A stretch of DNA of 64,000 bases from a virus (taxonomy: Duplodnaviria > Caudoviricetes), in IMG/VR virus record IMGVR_UViG_3300029915_001170, positions 35,641-99,640 of that record. The stretch is one strand, 5' to 3'. The notes beneath the pieces were generated by a model. The model worked only from the letters and a program-made list of their open reading frames with translations. It was not told where the DNA came from and ran no database searches. A program made the translations under genes and the position numbers. Positions 20,661-30,754 of this stretch are shown one piece after another. Position 1 is the stretch's first letter. The number at the start of each line of letters is the position of its first letter.

Positions 20661-21233
20661 GTGTACGTATACTACGAACAACACCGTGATGCAGCTGGCG
20701 CTACTGTACTTCTTGAGCTTCGTCTCTCGTCGTACAGCGACGGCAGACTCGCAATTGCATTTAGCACCAACCTTGAGAAGGTTCTTTTTGACCTTTGCAA
20801 AACCACACTCAAAGAGCCACCAATTGGTCTTCGAAGTTACGACGATAGTACAAAGTGTTGGAGCTATCTAGGAAATTGTGGCGTTGCTGTACTTGATCGC
20901 CTGCGACAAATTACCGCCGCAATGGGACACGAAGTACAGTGTGTTGAGGTAGAAGACCTTACTTCTCAAGCAGCAAACAACCGCATTGACCTTTCTGGCA
21001 AACGCGCACGTGCGCCAAGACCAGAGGATTTTTTCTACCAGCAAAGCGCTCCAGCAAAAACTCCAGCTTTGACCAAGGAAACTGTTGCTGCGAAGCTTTC
21101 TGATCTTATGGGACCGGTGCTAGACAAGCGCGCTTACCGTCAAGCGGCGCTGCGATACCATCCAGACCGTAACAACGGCGACGGTAGCAAAATGTCCGAG
21201 CTTAACATGCTCTGGAGTGTGTACAATGGCTAA
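20661..21233 (+). CDS. J-domain (DnaJ-like) protein
   Basis: C-terminal 'KRAYRQAALRYHPDRNNGDGSKMSELN' with HPD motif. Confidence 0.8.
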   Translation: MYVYYEQHRDAAGATVLLELRLSSYSDGRLAIAFSTNLEKVLFDLCKTTLKEPPIGLRSYDDSTKCWSYLGNCGVAVLDRLRQITAAMGHEVQCVEVEDLTSQAANNRIDLSGKRARAPRPEDFFYQQSAPAKTPALTKETVAAKLSDLMGPVLDKRAYRQAALRYHPDRNNGDGSKMSELNMLWSVYNG

Positions 21234-21392
21234 AGAACCTCCTTTTTCAATCTTGAAAGCTGTTTGCACTTTAAGAAAAGAATCTGACCTCTCTTTTGAA
21301 GTAGCTCTTGACAAAGCTATAAAATTTTTTCAAGCGAGAGACTGGAGAATACCAGAATCAATTTTAACCATGTACGATAGGAGAAAACCAAA

Positions 21393-22184
21393 ATGCCCTT
21401 CCAAATAGGTAGCTACAAACCACCCTCTTCGGTGGACGCAAAAGCCGCCGCTATCGCTGCCGCAAAAGCAGCTAGTGGCGCCAAGCCGGATGCGCTTGTA
21501 CGCTATATCTCGCCAGATAAGTGTACAGATCGCATCCGTGTTGTATTTGATGATAGCGGTAGCATGGATAGCCAAATCGGCAACGCCAAAGAAGGTGTTG
21601 TAGAGTTTCTACGAAACTGCATCCCCAACCAGACTGCTGTTGCTGTGCATTTTATGAATACTCACAACCAGCTTCAGAGTCTCCGCAGCGATTTGCCGCA
21701 GCTTGGACTAGATATCAAAGAAGCTGACCTCTCCAGCGGTGGCACACCGTTCTTTAACACACTCAAAAATGCGTTAAATGCCACTCCCACACTTACTCGA
21801 CTTGTAGCTTTCACCGACGGTTCTCCTACAGACCACCTGCAAGCAGAAGATGATGAAAAAGCTTCGATAGAAGACTACTACAGTGGCCAAATCGATGCTT
21901 GGAAATCCTCAGCGGATGTAATCATCAAGATCGCACACGCTGTAGCGCCAGCCAGCGGCTGTATCCCCATCGACACGGTGTACTTTGGACGTGGTTCTGA
22001 TTATAAGCATCATCAGATGGACCTGCTTCGCTATCTCAGCGAGCAAACCGGCGGATACTTCCTACACTTTGATCCGGCGAAGGTAAACTTTCGTACAGCG
22101 TTCAAGTACCTTGCGCCAATCAACCGGCTGATGCTTTCTAGCGGCAGTTTCCGTGCAGCGGTAGAAAGTGGGGAGAAAGCATGA
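21393..22184 (+). CDS. VWA-domain protein
   Basis: MIDAS 'VFDDSGSM', 'GGTP', 'FTDGSP', 'LSEQTGGYF'. Confidence 0.85.
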   Translation: MPFQIGSYKPPSSVDAKAAAIAAAKAASGAKPDALVRYISPDKCTDRIRVVFDDSGSMDSQIGNAKEGVVEFLRNCIPNQTAVAVHFMNTHNQLQSLRSDLPQLGLDIKEADLSSGGTPFFNTLKNALNATPTLTRLVAFTDGSPTDHLQAEDDEKASIEDYYSGQIDAWKSSADVIIKIAHAVAPASGCIPIDTVYFGRGSDYKHHQMDLLRYLSEQTGGYFLHFDPAKVNFRTAFKYLAPINRLMLSSGSFRAAVESGEKA

Positions 22185-22462
22185 GCAAGAAACGCGGCCC
22201 AAAGCCCGGTCAACCACGGCTAAATTCTGTAAAGACTCTCGCTCAAATCGCAGCTGAGCTTCAAATTTCCGAGCACACGGTAGCTACAGACTACAAAAAC
22301 GCAATCAAGAAGCTCAAGCAAATCCCTGGAGCTTTTGAAGTACTTTCTTTTGTAATTTGCAGACTTGTAGAAGATGACAAAGATGTTTTCCAAGCAAACT
22401 CCGTAGAATGTAACTGTGCTGTCCGTGAGCTGTTCTCCGATGGAGGTTCGAAAGATGACTGA
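22181..22462 (+). CDS. HTH protein (sigma region 4-like)
   Basis: 'TLAQIAAELQISEHTV...AIKKL'. Confidence 0.7.
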   Translation: MSKKRGPKPGQPRLNSVKTLAQIAAELQISEHTVATDYKNAIKKLKQIPGAFEVLSFVICRLVEDDKDVFQANSVECNCAVRELFSDGGSKDD

Positions 22463-22577
22463 GTTTATAGTTTTCTTTTTAATTCTTCTTGGAACATTTG
22501 GTCTGATTAAACTCTACGAGCTTGCTCTGCGTTTATGGAAAGAGCTTGTAGAACACTTCTGGGAAGGGGAGGAATAG
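22455..22577 (+). CDS. small membrane protein
   Basis: GGAGG RBS; MTEFIVFFLILLGTFGLI TM helix. Confidence 0.55.
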   Translation: MTEFIVFFLILLGTFGLIKLYELALRLWKELVEHFWEGEE

Positions 22578-22578
22578 T

Positions 22579-22725
22579 ATGAAAAGACTTCTAATAACCA
22601 TTTTCTTGGCTTTTCTTGTCGGTTTTGCAATACTTTGGACAGATGATTTTCATGAAGCTTTAGTCGGCTTTGTAACAGGAGCCGGTGCTTATGTTATTTT
22701 CATGCTAGGAAGGTATTCTCGATGA
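22579..22725 (+). CDS. small two-TM membrane protein
   Basis: GGAGG RBS; MKRLLITIFLAFLVGF...; overlaps FtsK start (ATGA). Confidence 0.55.
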   Translation: MKRLLITIFLAFLVGFAILWTDDFHEALVGFVTGAGAYVIFMLGRYSR

Positions 22726-23930
22726 GGCTTCCTTCTGAAACCGCCCGCGCACAAGCCGCTCTTCTAGCATCCTACTCACCGCTAGTACAGAAACAAGTTT
22801 CTGTCCTAACACGTAAGATGCTAGTACTCGGCTTCGGCGCGGTTTTTACACGTCTGGTAGAAGGCCCAGTTGTACGTACCTTTTACTTCCAACCTGTCGG
22901 CGAGCCGAAGTTTTCTTCCGTGCTAAACAAAGAAGAAGAAATTGCAGGCTCTCTCGCCGTGGAAAGCGTTTCCGTTGACCGCGCTCTCGGCGAAATCTCA
23001 ATTGCGGTGCCACGTGAGGATAGGCAAACTATACATTTCGATGCCTGTCTCCATAAAATGATGACTTCTACCGAAACCGCTGGAATGGCTTTGCCACTGT
23101 TGCTCGGCCAATCCACTACAGGAGAACATCTATATGCGGATCTGGCGACTCAACCTCACCTACTCATTGCGGGCGCAACGAATTCAGGTAAATCTGTCTT
23201 CACGGCCCAGCTTATATGTTCGCTTGCTTTATTTCGCAGCCCAGAAGAGCTGGAGTTTATACTCGTGGACACAAAAAACCTTGATCTCGTACTATTCAGG
23301 GGACTATCTCATGTTAAATATGTCCTCAACAACATCAGCGACCTCAGAGCAAGCCTCGTCCAGTTACTTGAAGAAGTTAGACTGAGAAACATGCAAATGA
23401 GTGGGCTGGTGAGGAACATTCGGGAGTGGAATCAAATGAATGAGGGCTATTACAATCCTGACAGACCAGAGCTTATTGATTCTCACAGAATGAAGTACAA
23501 AATCCTCATCGTAGATGAACTCGCGGATGTTTTTATGCAAGATGAAGCAGAGCTTATGCAGATGGAAAAGAAGCTTCGTTCACCGAGTATAGAATTTCTG
23601 CTTCAACAAATCAGCCAAATCTCTCGTGCTGCCGGAGTACATCTTATTCTGGCCACACAACGACCCTCGGTAGATGTTCTCCCCGGCACAATCAAAAACA
23701 ACTTTCCAGCTCGCGTGTGTTTCAAAGTCCCGGCACGTGTAGACAGTCGTGTTGTGCTGGATGCTGACGGCGCACAGAATCTTCTCGGTATGGGAGATTA
23801 CCTGTACAAGATAGCTGGCAACGACGTTGTACGGCGAGCGCATAGTGCGTTCGTTAGCATCACAGACATTGCAACTCTCATTGAGCAAAACGAACAAATA
23901 AGGAGGCAATATGCCGCAATCCCGCGATGA
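22722..23930 (+). CDS. FtsK/SpoIIIE-like DNA translocase motor domain
   Basis: 'PHLLIAGATNSGKS', 'IVDELAD', 'RAAGVHLILATQRPS', 'DSRVVLD..GAQNLLGMGD'; no TM or gamma domain. Confidence 0.9.
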   Translation: MRLPSETARAQAALLASYSPLVQKQVSVLTRKMLVLGFGAVFTRLVEGPVVRTFYFQPVGEPKFSSVLNKEEEIAGSLAVESVSVDRALGEISIAVPREDRQTIHFDACLHKMMTSTETAGMALPLLLGQSTTGEHLYADLATQPHLLIAGATNSGKSVFTAQLICSLALFRSPEELEFILVDTKNLDLVLFRGLSHVKYVLNNISDLRASLVQLLEEVRLRNMQMSGLVRNIREWNQMNEGYYNPDRPELIDSHRMKYKILIVDELADVFMQDEAELMQMEKKLRSPSIEFLLQQISQISRAAGVHLILATQRPSVDVLPGTIKNNFPARVCFKVPARVDSRVVLDADGAQNLLGMGDYLYKIAGNDVVRRAHSAFVSITDIATLIEQNEQIRRQYAAIPR

Positions 23931-24223
23931 AGCAGAACGTCTAATGGAACGTCAGCATCTTGGAACTGGTGATTATGAGCCAGCGTTCCAAGCCCACGAG
24001 CAAGACGAACCCTTCGATGAAGATGTGTATGAAGATGATGACTGGAAGGATGATATTCCAGAGGACTGGTCTGACACAGAAGACAGGCCGATTGAGACTG
24101 AAAGTTGATGCTACGGCTTGCGCCGGGGTCGCCCTTGGAGGCGGGGCGGTCCTGGCGGGTCGGAGGGATGCCAACCCTTTGTTTTCAACGTCTTGCGGCA
24201 TTTCATGGCCGTATGCACCCCTC

Positions 24224-24253
24224 TTGACAGGCGGAACTTTGCGGCTGTATACT
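24224..24253 (+). promoter_or_regulatory. sigma70-type promoter
   Basis: TTGACA-18-TATACT. Confidence 0.6.
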
Positions 24254-24298
24254 AGGGGAGTCGCCTTGGGAAAGGCAACCCTACCGCATCGAGGTACT

Positions 24299-24526
24299 AT
24301 GAGCCAGTCCGAAAGTACCACAGCAACCACAATGCGAATCCTCAAGTCACAAGCAGAAGCTCTAAAGAAAGAAGGAGCTTCTGCTTCTGCTTTGATACGA
24401 GTACTATTGCATTTGTACTTTGAAGGCAGGATTCCAGAAGCAAGGCTTCTTTTGCCGGCGGAAAAGCACCGAGCAGAGGAAGCGCTACGAAAATCCCAAT
24501 TTGGGCAGTCCACGCGAGAAGCGTAA
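24299..24526 (+). CDS. possible ribbon-helix-helix regulator
   Basis: GAGG RBS; 'TTMRI...EALKK...SALIRVLL'. Confidence 0.5.
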   Translation: MSQSESTTATTMRILKSQAEALKKEGASASALIRVLLHLYFEGRIPEARLLLPAEKHRAEEALRKSQFGQSTREA

Positions 24527-24534
24527 GGAGCAAC

Positions 24535-25287
24535 ATGCCAGAAGAAGAACAAGAGTTATTTCCAGCCGATGAGTCAGAAGATTCTGCACTTGAGGAACCC
24601 GTGCAAGAAGTATTCTTTGCACCAACAGACGAGCCGGAGGAAATCTCCGCGGAGGAAGCAATAGCTACGGATATTCCATTAGAAGCTACTCCGGTAGAAG
24701 AAGCGCATCTAACATCCACAGTGTGTGATGTGTGTTTGGAGTTGAATCTCACAACCAAGACCTGCATTTGCTGTGCACGGTGCGGCCAAGCATTCTGCTT
24801 GCACTTTGCTTCTTCGGTGGATGCGCAGTATTGCGTCAACTGCCTTAGCGACATTTCAATGTCCAAGAGTACAATCACAAAGACCTACGAACACAAGAAC
24901 GACGAAACCGGCACAACGACTTTCTACCGTCGTAAAGCGCGTGAGATCAAGATCGATGGTCTGGATTGGCTTTTCAGTCAGCGTAAGATTGTAGAACTTT
25001 CAGACATGGAGCTTGATCTTTCGATAGAATACCATCGGAACATCCTTAGCTTGATGATCGCTGAGCAGGAACGCAAACGTACAGAGTATATGCACCGATA
25101 TGCTGGAGTGAAGATACATATTCCAACGCCAGCAACAACAACTGTGCATGATTCTACAACCACGACCGTGAAGAAAACTCGCACGGTTAGTAAAAACAAG
25201 CAGCAAGAGCAGCTTGCGGCGATGTTAAAGCAGATGCAAGCTAAGGGCTTGGGGTTGAATGATATTATGAAGCTAATCAAGAAATAA
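24535..25287 (+). CDS. zinc-finger protein with acidic N-terminus
   Basis: CDVC...CARCGQAFCLH...CVNC. Confidence 0.65.
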   Translation: MPEEEQELFPADESEDSALEEPVQEVFFAPTDEPEEISAEEAIATDIPLEATPVEEAHLTSTVCDVCLELNLTTKTCICCARCGQAFCLHFASSVDAQYCVNCLSDISMSKSTITKTYEHKNDETGTTTFYRRKAREIKIDGLDWLFSQRKIVELSDMELDLSIEYHRNILSLMIAEQERKRTEYMHRYAGVKIHIPTPATTTVHDSTTTTVKKTRTVSKNKQQEQLAAMLKQMQAKGLGLNDIMKLIKK

Positions 25288-25297
25288 GGAGAAGCCG

Positions 25298-25573
25298 ATG
25301 AAAGCATTTGCACTAAGAGATAAGGTAACCGGATTGTATCTTCCTCATGGAAAGAGAGGAAAAGTGAACTCTTATAGAGACTTCACAGCAAAAAACGATC
25401 CAAGGTTATTCTCTCGCAGAAGTGCCGCCTCAAATACTTTGAATGCCTGGAAAGCCGGTAAATGGGGATGGCGAGGCTGTGGAGAGGATGTTGATCTTGA
25501 GCCACGTTCAGTTCCAGGACGCAGATCTCAAGAAATTGAGATTGTCGAATTTGAATTGATAGAGAAAGGGTGA
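25298..25573 (+). CDS. hypothetical protein
   Basis: AAGGAG RBS. Confidence 0.6.
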   Translation: MKAFALRDKVTGLYLPHGKRGKVNSYRDFTAKNDPRLFSRRSAASNTLNAWKAGKWGWRGCGEDVDLEPRSVPGRRSQEIEIVEFELIEKG

Positions 25574-25580
25574 AACCAGA

Positions 25581-25901
25581 ATGCCAAGAGGAGTGTACCT
25601 AAGACCAGCAAAAAAGGTAGAGCAGGCTTCGCATGTTAAGCCGCTGCCTTTTGTGGAAAGTGTGCTTGCAGAGCGTAGAAAGAAATACGGAAAGTTCTCA
25701 GACCACGCACAAATAGCGCAGAGTCTAAAGGCTGATATGCACGTTTGTTTTAACTGGCATAATCTTAGCCCAGACATGAGAGAAGCTCTGGACATGATAC
25801 AGCATAAGATAGCACGTATTCTTAATGGCGACCCAACCTACAAAGACTCCTGGGTTGACATCGAAGGCTACGCGCATCTTATCTCAGAAAGGTTGTCCTA
25901 A
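25581..25901 (+). CDS. DUF6378-like protein
   Basis: 'ERRKKYG.F', 'HKIARILNG', 'DSWVDIEGYA'. Confidence 0.7.
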   Translation: MPRGVYLRPAKKVEQASHVKPLPFVESVLAERRKKYGKFSDHAQIAQSLKADMHVCFNWHNLSPDMREALDMIQHKIARILNGDPTYKDSWVDIEGYAHLISERLS

Positions 25902-25902
25902 C

Positions 25903-26958
25903 ATGAAACCGAGCGTCGAGCTTTTAGAGTTTCTAACTCGGAATCCACTACCGTGGATGTACTGGGATGAGCAAAAGCAAAAGCTTATTGTGGTAGTAGA
26001 CAATCACCTTTTGCAAACTTATAGAAATTGTTCTCAGCATTTCGTGTACGGGAATGTATTTGGTTTGCAGAAGAAAGGCATACGTGTTGAGGGCGAACGT
26101 CAACGTAGCTGGTACTTAGACTTTGGTATCCTTCTACACAAGATGTTTGAAATCTACTACCAAGACTTTCGCAAACCTGGCTTTGATCTATGGCCGTGGG
26201 CGACTGATAGAGCGGTTGCTGAGTGGCACGAAGCAAAAATGGACGAGCACTGTGAGCACAAGGAGTACAAGCTCATCGGCGGTATGCATGGGTTTGTTGG
26301 ACTGCTTGCGCAGTATGGTACAGTGATGACGCCACAGAATGAGAAGCTTCGCATTCTTGGCGCTGAGGTATCTTTTGGGCGCAATGGTGAAGTTCCACTT
26401 TACATCGGCGAGGAGATTGAGATTTATCTCGCTGGACGGATGGACTTGATTGTGGATGATGGCTACTTCATTTGTCCCATGGATCATAAAACCATGGGCA
26501 CTTTCCGCGGCGATCCTGGGTTACAATTTGAAACCGAGGAAGGCCCAGTCGGATACATCTTCGCACTCTCGAAGATTCTCCCAACACTTGTACCAGAGGA
26601 GCAGCTTCTAAAACGTGATTGCTCGAAGATTCTGATGAACCTCATTCAGAAGAAACCCACAACCAATCCAGAAGAACGTTTTAAGCGTGTACCAATCAGA
26701 AAGTCTGCTGAGCAGCTTGAGGCATACAGAAACAGAATGATAAACACTGTACATCATCTTGTGGATGATATGGAGCTTGTAGCTGCACAGATGCCAGTCC
26801 CACGTAACACAACTGCATGTGTAAACTGGCATTACGGTGTATGTGACTACCGTGATGTATGTCGGCAAGGCTCCACCGATGGTGAGCTTGCCACACTCAA
26901 AAATGGTTTTGTACAGCTACCAATCTGGAACACAGAAGAAGTAGCACCTAACACATAG
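25903..26958 (+). CDS. Cas4/RecB-like PD-(D/E)XK exonuclease
   Basis: 'FGILLH', 'GRMDLI', 'DHKT', C-terminal Cys cluster C..WHYGVCDYRDVC. Confidence 0.8.
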   Translation: MKPSVELLEFLTRNPLPWMYWDEQKQKLIVVVDNHLLQTYRNCSQHFVYGNVFGLQKKGIRVEGERQRSWYLDFGILLHKMFEIYYQDFRKPGFDLWPWATDRAVAEWHEAKMDEHCEHKEYKLIGGMHGFVGLLAQYGTVMTPQNEKLRILGAEVSFGRNGEVPLYIGEEIEIYLAGRMDLIVDDGYFICPMDHKTMGTFRGDPGLQFETEEGPVGYIFALSKILPTLVPEEQLLKRDCSKILMNLIQKKPTTNPEERFKRVPIRKSAEQLEAYRNRMINTVHHLVDDMELVAAQMPVPRNTTACVNWHYGVCDYRDVCRQGSTDGELATLKNGFVQLPIWNTEEVAPNT

Positions 26959-26978
26959 GAGCAGGAGAAAGAATTAAA

Positions 26979-27323
26979 ATGTCAACCACAAAAACTTACG
27001 CAGACCTTGGGCCAGACAGTGGCACAGGAGTACCAATCGGTAAATGCTCTGGGCTTCTACCAAACCATATGCAATGCTGGAGAGCCGGAGATGTGCTTGT
27101 GTCAGCAGTTACACAAACTACGGTGCCAGCGCACACAGTAAATGAAACAGAGATTCCAGAAGCAGTGGATGAGTCTGTTACTTCTTATCAACTCTGTCGG
27201 CGTCACGCTACAATCGAGCAAGACAGAGATGCAAAACTTGCTGCGGCGGAAGCGACGTTAGCAGCAGCAGAAGTCGAAGTAGCAACGGACACACCAGTGG
27301 ATGCGCCAGTAGTTGTAACATAA
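26979..27323 (+). CDS. hypothetical protein
   Basis: RBS; Cys/His motif. Confidence 0.6.
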   Translation: MSTTKTYADLGPDSGTGVPIGKCSGLLPNHMQCWRAGDVLVSAVTQTTVPAHTVNETEIPEAVDESVTSYQLCRRHATIEQDRDAKLAAAEATLAAAEVEVATDTPVDAPVVVT

Positions 27324-27350
27324 AAGAAGTAACTCTCCAAGGAGCAGGAA

Positions 27351-28160
27351 ATGTCCACTACACCAAATCCTTTCGCTAATATGAAAGGAATACGCTCCGA
27401 GACGATCGTAGCCTCGGAGCGTCTCAAGATAGCAATCATGGGGCGTCCAAAAAGTGGCAAATCCTGGCTTGCATCCACTGCTCCCGGTCCGATCAGATAC
27501 TATGACTTCGATGATCGTGCCGAGTCGCTGGAAGGCAAGCCGAATTTGCTGGTGCTGTCCAATCCAACAATGCTAGACGTGGAATCTGATTTATCTGTCA
27601 TGAAAGCAAACAAGATAAAAAAGGTTCCGCTTCCGGCGACGATAGTTTTTGATTCTGTTACCTTTATGGTACGAGCGCTTGAGGATGAGATTCGTCGGCA
27701 GTCTCCGGGGCTTTTCAAAGGTATCAAAGTCGGAAACTCAACAACAGTCTACAAAGGAAAGGATTGGGATGTTGTCGTTAGTATCCAACGCTACGTTGAG
27801 TATCTGGTTTCCGAGCTAACCGGCCTTGGTGTTAATCTCATTTTTGTCTTTCACGAGAGAGATGAAAAAGATGCCGCAGAGTCTACATCAGAAAAGACAG
27901 CTTATACTGGACAGGTAACAGTCAATCCGCAGTATCTTGCAAACTGTCTCAGCTTGTTCAACGAAGTTTATCGTATCACAGTCAACGCACTGAGGCCAAA
28001 TCAGATAACCTACACAGTGACATGTAGGCCATCAAACGATGTAATGGCTTCTACAACTATGATGCTTGATGCTACCGAAGAACCAGACATTATGGCGATG
28101 ATTGAAAAACACCGTCAAAGGCGAGCAGCGTTAGCTAAGAACGCGCTTGTAAAAGCTTAA
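27351..28160 (+). CDS. AAA_24/Sak4-like ATPase
   Basis: 'GRPKSGKS', 'IVFDSVT', 'FVFHE'; lies between exonuclease and SSB-like gene. Confidence 0.8.
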   Translation: MSTTPNPFANMKGIRSETIVASERLKIAIMGRPKSGKSWLASTAPGPIRYYDFDDRAESLEGKPNLLVLSNPTMLDVESDLSVMKANKIKKVPLPATIVFDSVTFMVRALEDEIRRQSPGLFKGIKVGNSTTVYKGKDWDVVVSIQRYVEYLVSELTGLGVNLIFVFHERDEKDAAESTSEKTAYTGQVTVNPQYLANCLSLFNEVYRITVNALRPNQITYTVTCRPSNDVMASTTMMLDATEEPDIMAMIEKHRQRRAALAKNALVKA

Positions 28161-28202
28161 CAGCGGCGCTGCCGCACAAACACAAACAAAGGAGCAGTTC
28201 AA

Positions 28203-28703
28203 ATGCCATTCCAAATGAACTTCAGCAGAGAAGAGTTTTCCGGTTCAACACCAGCACCTGATGGCTGGTACACTTTGCAGATCAAGGGCTTTCGTCCACG
28301 CGCTGCAAAGAACGGCGAGTCCGTCTCACTCAATGCCGAGCTTGCGATCATCGGCGGCACTGATCACGACGGCAAGCGAGTATTCGTTGGCCTTAACACC
28401 AAGATGGCTTGGATGTGGGCGGACTTCATTCATGCTACCGGCTTGCAGATGGAAGTTGTACAGGATGAGTTTGCCGGCACCGAGAAGGAGAACCTCACCA
28501 TTCCCGGCGTGTTCGAAGGCAGCGACACTAACCCGGATGATCCTTCGCAGTGGAAGTATCAGGGACCGTTGCTCAACAAGACACTTGAAGCAGAGCTTGC
28601 GACCCGCGAGTACAACGGCAAGAAGTCTAATGATGTGCGGCAGTTCAAGTGTGCTGTTGCGGGATGCACTGAGAAGCACAGTACCAATCTGATCAAGAAC
28701 TAG
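28203..28703 (+). CDS. ssDNA-binding protein (DUF669-like)
   Basis: 'PDGWYTLQI', 'REYNGKKSNDV'; recombination-module position. Confidence 0.65.
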   Translation: MPFQMNFSREEFSGSTPAPDGWYTLQIKGFRPRAAKNGESVSLNAELAIIGGTDHDGKRVFVGLNTKMAWMWADFIHATGLQMEVVQDEFAGTEKENLTIPGVFEGSDTNPDDPSQWKYQGPLLNKTLEAELATREYNGKKSNDVRQFKCAVAGCTEKHSTNLIKN

Positions 28704-28909
28704 TTCAAGGAGTCCATCGTGGCACGATGGCGCTGTACCTTCACTGATGTATCTGGCAAGCGGTGTGAGAATGAAGCTCTCCACCGCTTGCACTTTTCCA
28801 ACGATCGTCCTTTTGATTTTGTAGATGCTTGCGCAGAGCACTTTGAGGAGTATAAACTCTTTTGCTGGGTCCAGCCTCTACAAAATCAAAACGGAGAGGA
28901 GGTATTTCA

Positions 28910-29185
28910 ATGACAGCGACACAGGAAGAAACAGCGCGTTTTGAGATGCTGTCAAAGCGTCTGAGACAGGTTGCCGCTTTGACAGCTTTGGGGTTTTCAA
29001 GGGAAGCGATAGGCATTACTTTGAGAATGAGTCAACATGCTGTTCATGCGGCATTTACAAGAATTCATCGTGTTCTTGGTTTCGAATCTAGTTTGAGACT
29101 TGCTATATTCATAGTGCGGCATCCAGAGATTGAGAAGATGTTGCGAGCGAGCTTAGGCAGCGAACTAGCAAATAAGCCAAACTGA
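28910..29185 (+). CDS. LuxR-type HTH protein
   Basis: 'LSKRLRQVAALTALGFSREAIG..L.MS..AV...TRI..VLG'. Confidence 0.7.
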   Translation: MTATQEETARFEMLSKRLRQVAALTALGFSREAIGITLRMSQHAVHAAFTRIHRVLGFESSLRLAIFIVRHPEIEKMLRASLGSELANKPN

Positions 29186-29203
29186 AGAGGAGGGGTCGTT
29201 TAT

Positions 29204-29437
29204 ATGCCAAGTAAAATCACTTACACTTGTGCAGTCTGCGGCGCGATCAAAGGAGAAGTTAACCACTGGTACGCATACTGCATACGAAATAGTGGAGTCT
29301 TGCTAAGTACTTTTAACACGCTTCACGAAGATGATTATGGCAATTCTGACGCTGATTGTGTCTGCGGCCAAAAGTGCCTTCACGCAATTCTGGATAAGTG
29401 GCTTGCGGTACAGAGAACACCGAAGGAGATAGCATGA
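29204..29437 (+). CDS. zinc-binding hypothetical protein
   Basis: CAVCG...NHW...CGQKC. Confidence 0.55.
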   Translation: MPSKITYTCAVCGAIKGEVNHWYAYCIRNSGVLLSTFNTLHEDDYGNSDADCVCGQKCLHAILDKWLAVQRTPKEIA

Positions 29438-29639
29438 GCTACAACGATCTAAGCCAGTCTACACTTGGCCCCGACGAGCGTAGAGAAGAAGCCCTCCGCA
29501 TAATCACAATGCTCGACGACTACCAAGACGAGCTTCGTTCGCACGAGTATGATATGATAGCACGTGTTAGAGACGGCGCGCCGGTTAGCGTGAAGATGCT
29601 GTTTTGGTTGCGTGATATAAAGGATAGGATACTTGCCTA

Positions 29640-30746
29640 ATGCCTTACATCAAACCACGCGGTAATCGCAATGCACGTATCTGGTGTATCCTAGCAAAGC
29701 CTTATAGCTCTGACTACGATCCAAAAACCGGCAAGGATACTCTCATGTCAGGAGGACTCGGGCATGTTTTTGACAAGATGCTTCGTGAAGCTGGTATTGA
29801 TCCTTACAGTGTGTATTTCACTTCTCGTGCTCCTAACACTGATGATCTGCACGCTTATACAAATTTGGAGTCTGAGCTTTCAGCTTCTAAGCCTCCGTTG
29901 ATTATTGTGATTGGCGATGTTGCTGGTTGGTTTTTGCCAGAACTTCGTACACCGAAGACCGTTGAGACAAATCCTGGCCAACTACAGAAGTATGCCGGTA
30001 GCTTGCTGCAATGCGGTGTTCTCCAATACCCGCACTACATGATGCCACTTTACGGTCCCGACAGATGTGTCGGCGATTGGAAAGAGCGAAACGTCACGGT
30101 GTACGTGGACCTGCAAAAGCTTCAGGACGAGCTGGTCTATTGGCAAAAGCATGGTACGCTGCGGCCGCTTCCAGAAAGGACAATGCGTTATGGAAATCTT
30201 GAGCTTAACGAAATACTGTCATGTTTTGAGCGATTCAGGAAAGCGCCACTCTTATCAATTGATATTGAAACAGTATACCCTCGCAAAGGAAGCGCCTTTC
30301 TTCCGCATCCTGGATACCCGATTACCGTTGGCATTGCTGACAGCCATGACTTCGGGATATCCTTCAACTTATTCCGTGACAGCCCAAGTGAGAATAGGAC
30401 TCTTTGGAGAGCGTTGGATTTATTGCTTAAAGGAAAGCCCATACTGGGGCAGAACTTCTTCAATTTTGACGCGCTTTTTTTTGAGGCTCTTGGATTCCAA
30501 ATCTCGCTGGATCGTGTACAAGACACACTTTTAAGACACCATATTCTGTGGCCAGAGCTTTCGCATAAGTTACAGTTTTTGACTCGGCAATATACGCGGG
30601 AGCCTTATTACAAGGACGAAGGCCATGGATGGAGTGTAAAGCATATGGACAAACTCCGGCGATACAATTGTTTGGATGTTTGCGTAACATATGAGGTTTG
30701 GGAGCAACAAGAACTTGAATTCCAACAACGCCCACAGTTGAAGTAG
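29640..30746 (+). CDS. degenerate UDG-like domain fused to 3'-5' exonuclease (PolA N-terminal part)
   Basis: UDG4-like 'RGNRNARI', 'MLREAGID..SVYFT', 'KPPLIIVIG'; Exo I 'DIET', Exo II 'QNFFNFD', Exo III 'YNCLD'. Confidence 0.8.
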   Translation: MPYIKPRGNRNARIWCILAKPYSSDYDPKTGKDTLMSGGLGHVFDKMLREAGIDPYSVYFTSRAPNTDDLHAYTNLESELSASKPPLIIVIGDVAGWFLPELRTPKTVETNPGQLQKYAGSLLQCGVLQYPHYMMPLYGPDRCVGDWKERNVTVYVDLQKLQDELVYWQKHGTLRPLPERTMRYGNLELNEILSCFERFRKAPLLSIDIETVYPRKGSAFLPHPGYPITVGIADSHDFGISFNLFRDSPSENRTLWRALDLLLKGKPILGQNFFNFDALFFEALGFQISLDRVQDTLLRHHILWPELSHKLQFLTRQYTREPYYKDEGHGWSVKHMDKLRRYNCLDVCVTYEVWEQQELEFQQRPQLK

Positions 30747-30754
30747 GAGAACGT

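Noticed and set aside
25903-26958. Cas4-like gene suggesting CRISPR
   Set aside because: No repeat-spacer array or other cas genes seen; sits in a standard exonuclease-ATPase-SSB module
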